Of a DNA stretch of 31,083 nucleotides, positions 24,962 to 31,083 are shown one piece after another; the stretch's first letter is position 1; each line of letters starts with the position of its first letter. The position numbers and the translations under genes were made by a program. Source of the stretch: Gemmatimonadaceae bacterium (GTDB lineage Bacteria > Gemmatimonadota > Gemmatimonadetes > Gemmatimonadales > Gemmatimonadaceae); contig JBBDYA010000036.1 in NCBI GenBank assembly GCA_040902005.1, positions 1 to 31,083 on the forward strand, in the 5' to 3' direction. The notes beneath the pieces are model-generated. The model ran no database searches and had not been told where the DNA came from. It was given only the letters and a program-made list of their open reading frames with translations.

Positions 24962-26437
24962 ATGAAACTCTCCCGACTCCTCCTCGCCCCCCTCGCCCTC
25001 GCGCCGGCCCTCCTCCTGGCAGTCGCCGCCCCGGCCTTGTCGCAGCAGTTGCCGGCCGCCAAGCGCCAGATCGCCGCCTCCCTCGACGCGAAGGCCGCGC
25101 GCTATACCGCCGTCGCCGACAGCATCTGGTCGCTGGCGGAAGTCGGCTACCACGAGACCCACAGCTCCCGCCTGCTCCAGTCCGAGCTGCGGAGCGCCGG
25201 CTTCACCGTGCGCGCCGGTGTCGCGGACATCCCCACCGCGTTCGTCGCCGAGTTCGGGCGCGGCGCGCCGGTGATCGGCATCCTCGCCGAATTCGACGCG
25301 CTGCCGGGACTGTCGCAGCACGTCACCGCCGAGCGCTCGCCCATCGCCGGTCAGGACGCGGGACACGCCTGCGGACACCACCTCTTCGGAACCGCCTCCG
25401 TCGCCGCGGCGATCGCAGTGAAGGAATGGCTCCAGTCGAGCGGCAGCGCGGGAACGATCCGCGTCTACGGCACGCCGGCGGAGGAAGGTGGCGGCGGCAA
25501 GATCTACATGGTGCGCGCGGGGCTGTTCCGCGACGCCAGCGTCGTCCTCGACTGGCACGCGGGCGCGGCGAACAACGCCAGTCCGGGCCCGTCGCTCGCG
25601 AACAAGAGCGGCAAGTTCCGCTTCCATGGCGTCTCCGCGCACGCCGCCGGCGCGCCCTGGCGCGGACGCTCGGCGCTCGATGCCGTCAGCGCGATGAACC
25701 ACATGGTGGACATGATGCGCGAACACGTCCCCGACGGCACGCGCATGCATTACGTGATCACCGACGGCGGCAAGGCGCCCAACGTCGTCCCCGATTTCGC
25801 CGAGGCGTACTACTACGTGCGGCACCAGGACGCGCGCATCGTGAATGACCTCTGGGACCGCGTGGTGAAAGCCGCGCAGGGCGCGGCGCTGGGCACCGAT
25901 ACCAGGATGGAGCAGGAAGTGGTGAACGGCGTGTACGCGCTGCTGCCGAACGAGACGCTGGCGCGCGTGGTGGACGCGAACCTCCGCGCCGTGGGCGGCG
26001 TGACGTACGACGCCACCGAGCGCGCGTTCGCCGAGAAGCTGCGCGTCACGCTCGGCTCCGACGCGCCCCCGCTCACGCAGGCGTCCACCGTGTTGCCATT
26101 CCAGGTGCGCACCGTCGCCAGCGGCGGATCCACCGACGTGGGCGACGTGAGCTGGGTGGTGCCGAACGGTCGGTTCTACGCGGCCACGTGGGTTCCCGGC
26201 ACGTCGTCGCATTCCTGGCAGGCCGTGGCGGCCGGCGGCATGAGCATCGGGCACAAGGGGATGATGGTGGCGGCGAAGACCCTCGCGCTCACCGCACACG
26301 ATCTCTTCACCGACGCGGCGACCGTGCAGCGCGCGAAGACGGAGTTCGACGGCAAACGTGGGGCGAACTTTGTGTATCGTCCGCTCATCGGCGAGCGCGC
26401 GCCGCCGCTGGACTACCGGGGGAGCACGGCGCCATAG
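24962..26437 (+). CDS. M20 family amidohydrolase (AbgB-like), with signal peptide
   Basis: ILAEFDALPGL, GHACGHHLFG, GTPAEEGG, SAHAAGAPWRGRSALDA and GGSTDVGDVSW. Confidence 0.93.
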   Translation: MKLSRLLLAPLALAPALLLAVAAPALSQQLPAAKRQIAASLDAKAARYTAVADSIWSLAEVGYHETHSSRLLQSELRSAGFTVRAGVADIPTAFVAEFGRGAPVIGILAEFDALPGLSQHVTAERSPIAGQDAGHACGHHLFGTASVAAAIAVKEWLQSSGSAGTIRVYGTPAEEGGGGKIYMVRAGLFRDASVVLDWHAGAANNASPGPSLANKSGKFRFHGVSAHAAGAPWRGRSALDAVSAMNHMVDMMREHVPDGTRMHYVITDGGKAPNVVPDFAEAYYYVRHQDARIVNDLWDRVVKAAQGAALGTDTRMEQEVVNGVYALLPNETLARVVDANLRAVGGVTYDATERAFAEKLRVTLGSDAPPLTQASTVLPFQVRTVASGGSTDVGDVSWVVPNGRFYAATWVPGTSSHSWQAVAAGGMSIGHKGMMVAAKTLALTAHDLFTDAATVQRAKTEFDGKRGANFVYRPLIGERAPPLDYRGSTAP

Positions 26438-26453
26438 CGCGTCGCGCACAACA

Positions 26454-27197
26454 ATGCCGGGAAGGCTTCGAGCAACCCTGCTGATCCTGTCAGGCTCCCT
26501 CTCCGCCTGCCAGCCGAATCCGGCGCGCGACTCGCGTCCGGCCGGGAGTGATGCGCAGGATCCATTTGCGCGTGAGCGCTCCCGGATGGTTCAGCAGCAG
26601 CTTCAGGACCGGGGCATCAACGACAGAGCCGTGCTCGACGCAATGGCGCGTGTGCCGCGCCACCGGTTCGTTCCCTTGCCGTTTCAATCCCTGGCGTATG
26701 CCGATCGTCCGCTGCCGATCGGGTTCGAGCAGACCATCTCCCAGCCGTATATCGTCGGCTACATGACCGAGGCAGCGGCCATCTCCCCGGCACACCGGGT
26801 GCTGGAGATCGGCACGGGTTCCGGGTATCAGGCCGCCGTGCTGGCGGAGCTCGCGCGCGAAGTGTACAGCATCGAGATCATTCCCGAGCTGGCGACGCGC
26901 GCCCGGGCGCAACTCGAAGAGCTTGGCTATGACAACGTTCACGTTCGCACTGGGGATGGCTACGCGGGCTGGGAAGAGCACGCGCCCTTCGACGCGATCG
27001 TGGTCACCGCCGCGCCGGATCACGTACCACGGGCGCTCGTGCAACAGTTGGCGGTGCACGGGCGCATGGTCATCCCCGTCGGCACCGGAGATCAGGAGAT
27101 GCGGGTGCTCACGAAGACTCCTGGTGGAGTGATCGAGCAGACCACATTCCCGGTGCGGTTCGTGCCGCTCGTCCGGCCAGACTCGGCGCGCCGTTGA
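26454..27197 (+). CDS. pcm: Protein-L-isoaspartate O-methyltransferase
   Basis: VPRHRFVP, QTISQPYIV, VLEIGTGSGYQAA, APFDAIVVTAA and VRFVPL. Confidence 0.95.
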   Translation: MPGRLRATLLILSGSLSACQPNPARDSRPAGSDAQDPFARERSRMVQQQLQDRGINDRAVLDAMARVPRHRFVPLPFQSLAYADRPLPIGFEQTISQPYIVGYMTEAAAISPAHRVLEIGTGSGYQAAVLAELAREVYSIEIIPELATRARAQLEELGYDNVHVRTGDGYAGWEEHAPFDAIVVTAAPDHVPRALVQQLAVHGRMVIPVGTGDQEMRVLTKTPGGVIEQTTFPVRFVPLVRPDSARR

Positions 27198-27322
27198 TAG
27201 GTACCGGCCCGGCGCCGGACCGGGGGGGGGCGACGCCAGCGCGGAGCCGGGGTGCAGCCAGTGCGGAGCCGGCAAGCCCGCCTAACGCGGCGGGCCAGCC
27301 AACCCTGGCGCGCGAGTCCAGC

Positions 27323-29785
27323 TCAGTCGCTACGCAGCGACTCGATCGGATCCACCCGGCTCGCCCGACGCGCCGGAACGTAGCTCGCAAGCATGCCAAT
27401 CCCGAGCATCATCGCGGACATCGCCGCGAACACCATCGGGTCCACCGCCCGCACCTCATACAGCAGCGTCCCCAACAGACGCGTGGACGCCACCGCCGCC
27501 CCCACGCCAAGCACGACCCCGATCAGCACCACCTTCGTCCCCTGCGACACCACCTGTCGGCGCACCACGCTCGACGTCGCGCCCAGCGCCATGCGCACCC
27601 CGATCTCCCGCGTCCGCTCAGCCACGACGTAGGACAGCACGCCGTACAGCCCCACCGCGCCCAGTATCAGCGCCAGCGTGGACACCACGCCCAGCGTCAG
27701 CATCGTGAAGGACAGCTGGACCATCGATCGCTGCGCCAGGAACGCCATCGTGAACTCGCGGTACACCGGCGCCTCGGGCGCCACCTGCCGCACCAGCTCG
27801 CGCACTTCGCGCGTGAGTGTTTCCGCCCGAGGCGATTTGATCACGTACGCGGGGGAGCCCATCCCCCACAGCTCAGCCGATGGCCCGGTGAACGGGAAGT
27901 ACACCACCGACTCCCCTGCCTCGCGCCAGTCGTCCTGCTTCACGTCCTCCACGATGCCCACGACCGTCAGGGGAATCAGTCCCAGGGTGTTGGTCCGCCA
28001 GCGCAGGCGTTGGCCGATGGCGTTCTGATCCGGCCACAGGCGCGCCGCCACCGATCGGCTGACGACGATGCTGTTGTTCGTCGTCACCGCTTCGTCGCGC
28101 GTGAACGCGCGTCCCTGGAGCAGGTCGATCCCCATGACGCGGAAGTAGTCGCCGCCGGCCCAATTGACGTCGAGCAGCGCGCCCGTCCCTTCATCGCTCA
28201 TCTCGTCGGTCAGGAAGCGCCGGGTGCCCGTCCCCTCATCCAGCGGAATGTTGTTGACCACCCCCACCCCCGTCACCCCGGGGAGCGCGGCCAGCCGGTC
28301 CATGAAGCTGTTGTGCAGCTGCCCCCACTCCACGCCCGTAGTCCAGTCGCGCTCCGGCGCGAACTGGAACGTATAGATATCCTGAGTATCGTAGCCCGGG
28401 TTCGCGTTGCGCAGTCGCTGGAAGCTCTGGAGCAGCAGCGCGGAGCCGATCAGCAGCACCAGCGCCAGCGCCGTCTGCCCCACGACCAGCGCGTCCCGCC
28501 CCCAGTGCCGCTTGCCCGTTGATCCGCGCCCCCCTTCACGCAGACGCATCAGGTCCGGTGACGACGCGCCAATCGCGGGAATCGCCCCGCACGCCAGCGC
28601 GGCGAGCACCACGAGCCCGAACGCCGCCGCGATCGTCGGCAGGTCCAGCCCCGCGAGCGACAGCCGCGGAATCCCTTCCGGCGCCGCGCTGATGAACATC
28701 GGAAGCGTTACCCCGGCGAGCATCACCGCGAGCACGCCGGCCGGCAACGCCACCAGGAACGCCTCCGCCATCTGGAGACGCACCAGCTGCCCGCGCGACG
28801 CGCCGATCGCGCGACGCACCGCCAGGTCGCGCTTGCGCCCCTCGGCGCGCACCATGAACAGGTTCGCCACGTTCGCGCACGCGATCACCAGCACGATCGC
28901 CACCGCGCCCAGCAGCACGAACAGCGACGTGCGCGCCGTCGGTCCAACGAGTCGGTCGAGCACCGGTTCCACGATGGCGCTGTGCTGCTCGATGAGCCGC
29001 GCGTAGCGCGGCGACCCGCCGAAGCGCTCCGGCAGCCCCTTGGACAGCTGCGTCAGCTCGCGCACGAGTTGATCGTGCGTCACCCCCTCCTTCATGCGTG
29101 CGATGATCGGCAGGCCGACATTTCCCGGCTGCACCTGATCGAGCCGCGCTTCGCCCGCGACCCAGAGCAACGTCTCTTCGCTCGGGAACTGGAACTCCGG
29201 CGGCATGATGCCGATCACCGTCTTCATGCCATTCGACACGAAGTACGATCGGCCGATGACGCTCGGGTCGCGATTGAACCACGTCTCCCACAGCCGGTCG
29301 CTGATGACCACCACCTGGTCCGAGTCCTCGGCGCGCGGCAGGCGCCCCACCTGCGGACGCACGCCGAGCGTGGCGTACATGTCGTTGGTGGGCCAGGCCA
29401 TCGGGATGCGCTCGACGCGCTCGTCGGCGCGCAGCGTGGACGTCCCCCCGCCGAACGCGAAGAGACCATCCAGCAGCTTCGAGTGTTCCTTGTACTGGAA
29501 GTAGAAGTCGAAGCCCAACCCGAACCGCTCGGGGAGGTCCGAGCCCGGCGCGGTGCCCGAGAGCACCACGAGCCGGTCCGCGTTGGGGAACGGCAGCGGC
29601 CTGAGCACCACGTTGTTGACGACGCTGAACATGCCGGCCACGGCGCCGATCGCGAGCGCCAGCGTGCCGACGGAAGTGATGAGGAAGCCGGGGGTGCGGA
29701 GCAGCGCCCGCCAGGCATGACGAAGGTCCGTCGTCCATTGCACGATCACGTTCGCGTCCCCTGTGGAGGTGTGGGGGTTGGACAC
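27323..29785 (-). CDS. ADOP-family duplicated ABC permease (MacB_PCD/FtsX x2)
   Basis: DLRHAWRALLRTPGF, LVIACANVANL, RRAIGASRGQL, RTREIGVRMALGA and PARRASRVDP. Confidence 0.95.
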   Translation of the reverse strand: MSNPHTSTGDANVIVQWTTDLRHAWRALLRTPGFLITSVGTLALAIGAVAGMFSVVNNVVLRPLPFPNADRLVVLSGTAPGSDLPERFGLGFDFYFQYKEHSKLLDGLFAFGGGTSTLRADERVERIPMAWPTNDMYATLGVRPQVGRLPRAEDSDQVVVISDRLWETWFNRDPSVIGRSYFVSNGMKTVIGIMPPEFQFPSEETLLWVAGEARLDQVQPGNVGLPIIARMKEGVTHDQLVRELTQLSKGLPERFGGSPRYARLIEQHSAIVEPVLDRLVGPTARTSLFVLLGAVAIVLVIACANVANLFMVRAEGRKRDLAVRRAIGASRGQLVRLQMAEAFLVALPAGVLAVMLAGVTLPMFISAAPEGIPRLSLAGLDLPTIAAAFGLVVLAALACGAIPAIGASSPDLMRLREGGRGSTGKRHWGRDALVVGQTALALVLLIGSALLLQSFQRLRNANPGYDTQDIYTFQFAPERDWTTGVEWGQLHNSFMDRLAALPGVTGVGVVNNIPLDEGTGTRRFLTDEMSDEGTGALLDVNWAGGDYFRVMGIDLLQGRAFTRDEAVTTNNSIVVSRSVAARLWPDQNAIGQRLRWRTNTLGLIPLTVVGIVEDVKQDDWREAGESVVYFPFTGPSAELWGMGSPAYVIKSPRAETLTREVRELVRQVAPEAPVYREFTMAFLAQRSMVQLSFTMLTLGVVSTLALILGAVGLYGVLSYVVAERTREIGVRMALGATSSVVRRQVVSQGTKVVLIGVVLGVGAAVASTRLLGTLLYEVRAVDPMVFAAMSAMMLGIGMLASYVPARRASRVDPIESLRSD

Positions 29786-29881
29786 CCCGGGCGCGCCGGA
29801 GGTTGGGTGTCCGTACGGGGCGCCCTGCGTGAGGGTTTCGTGCGCGATGCTCGGCGGCGATCGCCACGTTCGGAGCGCGAC

Positions 29882-31083
29882 CTACGCGCGCAGGCACCTC
29901 ACCGGATCGATGCGAGTCGCCCGCACCGCCGGCACCGCGGCCGCGACCACCGCCACCACCCCCAGCACTCCGCACACCCCCACCAGGATCCCCACCGGCA
30001 CCCACGGCAGCCCTTCGATGGCGCGTTGCAGCAGCCGGTTCGCCGCGAACGCCAGCCCCACCCCGAGCACCATCCCCGCCGCGACGCGCGCCGCGGCCTG
30101 CGTCAGTATCAATCGCGCGATCGCGCGACGGCTCGCGCCCAACGCCATGCGCACGCCCAACTCCGCCGTGCGCAACTCCACCGAGTATGACAGCAGCCCG
30201 TACAGGCTGAACCCGGCCAGCAGCAGCCCGAACGCCGCGAACACGCCGGACACGATCGCCCCCAGACGGTCCTGCGAGGTGCGGTCGCGCTGCAGCGCCG
30301 CCATCGTCGCGGTCCCGTAGACCGCGAGCGCGGGGTCCACCTGCTGCACCAGGTCGCGCAGGGTCTCCATCGTCACCGACGTGGTGCGCACCATCACGTG
30401 CAGCTGCTCCGTGGACGGTCCCATCGCGTCCTGGTAGTACGGCAGGAACCAGGCGGCGCGCATCTCCGCTTCGTGCTCGGTCACCGGCACCACCCCCACC
30501 ACCGTGCGCCACTCGGCGCCCTCGCGCGCCGCGCGCACGCGCTTCCCCAGCGCCTCCTCACCCGGCCACGCCATGCGCGCGAACGCCTCGTCCACCACCA
30601 CGGTCAGCGGACGGTTGGGACCATCGTCGGCCGCGAACCCCTCACCGCGCAGCACGGGGATCTGCATCGCCTCGAAATATCCGGGCGTCACATAGCTGTG
30701 CGCCACCAGCGTTGCGGGATCGCCGGGTAGCACCGGCTTCCCCTCCACCTCGATCGGCGCGCCCCAGTCGCCGCAGCAGAGCGGGTTCACCGTGGTGATC
30801 CCGGCCGCGGTCACCCCAGGCAACGCGGCGATGCGCTCCTCCAGCGTGGCCGCGAGCCGGCGGCGGACGTCGGCAGCGCGATACCGCTCCTGCTCCAGGG
30901 TGATGCGCAGCGTCGCGACGCCGGTCAGCTCGTAGCCAGGGTGCACGGTGCTCAGGTCGCGAAAGCGGCCGATGAGGAGCGACGCACCCACGAGCAGCGC
31001 GAGCGAGAGGCTCAGCTGCGCCGCGACGAGCACGTCGAACAGCCGGCGGTCGCCGCGCCCCCCGCGCCCCCCGCGCCCCCCCC
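29882..31083 (-). CDS. ADOP-family ABC permease, C-terminal half (5' end outside window)
   Basis: LVAAQLSLSLALLVGASL, RTAELGVRMALGA and PAVRATRIDP. Frame open to the window edge. Confidence 0.92.
   Translation of the reverse strand, partial: GGRGGRGGRGDRRLFDVLVAAQLSLSLALLVGASLLIGRFRDLSTVHPGYELTGVATLRITLEQERYRAADVRRRLAATLEERIAALPGVTAAGITTVNPLCCGDWGAPIEVEGKPVLPGDPATLVAHSYVTPGYFEAMQIPVLRGEGFAADDGPNRPLTVVVDEAFARMAWPGEEALGKRVRAAREGAEWRTVVGVVPVTEHEAEMRAAWFLPYYQDAMGPSTEQLHVMVRTTSVTMETLRDLVQQVDPALAVYGTATMAALQRDRTSQDRLGAIVSGVFAAFGLLLAGFSLYGLLSYSVELRTAELGVRMALGASRRAIARLILTQAAARVAAGMVLGVGLAFAANRLLQRAIEGLPWVPVGILVGVCGVLGVVAVVAAAVPAVRATRIDPVRCLRA

Noticed and set aside
31055..31083. GCGCCCCCC x3 repeat at the window end
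   Set aside because: A 9-bp in-frame unit encoding GGR in the permease linker, or an edge artefact. Not a separate element.

Overview
This is a GC-rich bacterial window whose gene repertoire (ADOP-type duplicated permeases, ECF/FecR pair, several lineage-typical hypotheticals) suggests Gemmatimonadota; that assignment is inference. Bases 1-3082 are a visibly less GC-rich accessory segment: an XRE-HTH/ImmA-IrrE metallopeptidase pair is followed by four tiny ORFs (putative Zn-binding, YjzC-like, glycine-zipper, Cas2/VapD-like), and two of the promoters share an operator-like motif. The segment ends at a 23-bp motif that recurs three times at about 24.4 kb. Next come a minus-strand ECF sigma-FecR-CHAP-Zn-ribbon-DUF3307 operon, a phased array of mixed 21/22-bp repeats in front of an unknown helical protein, and IS5-like MITE ends at CTAG sites bracketing DUF2188 and a secreted SH3/ComEC-like metallo-beta-lactamase. 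The middle holds satD and fic with palindromic operators, a collapsed Cyc2-like cytochrome chimera, an Ig-like lipoprotein/secreted protein pair, and a multicopper oxidase with reversed copper-motif order. The right part holds a frameshifted LigD ligase plus LigD polymerase, an outer-membrane protein, an XRE regulator, an M20 amidohydrolase, pcm and two ADOP permeases. No rRNA, tRNA, CRISPR array or transposase was seen. All family calls come from motif recognition by eye, not database searches.
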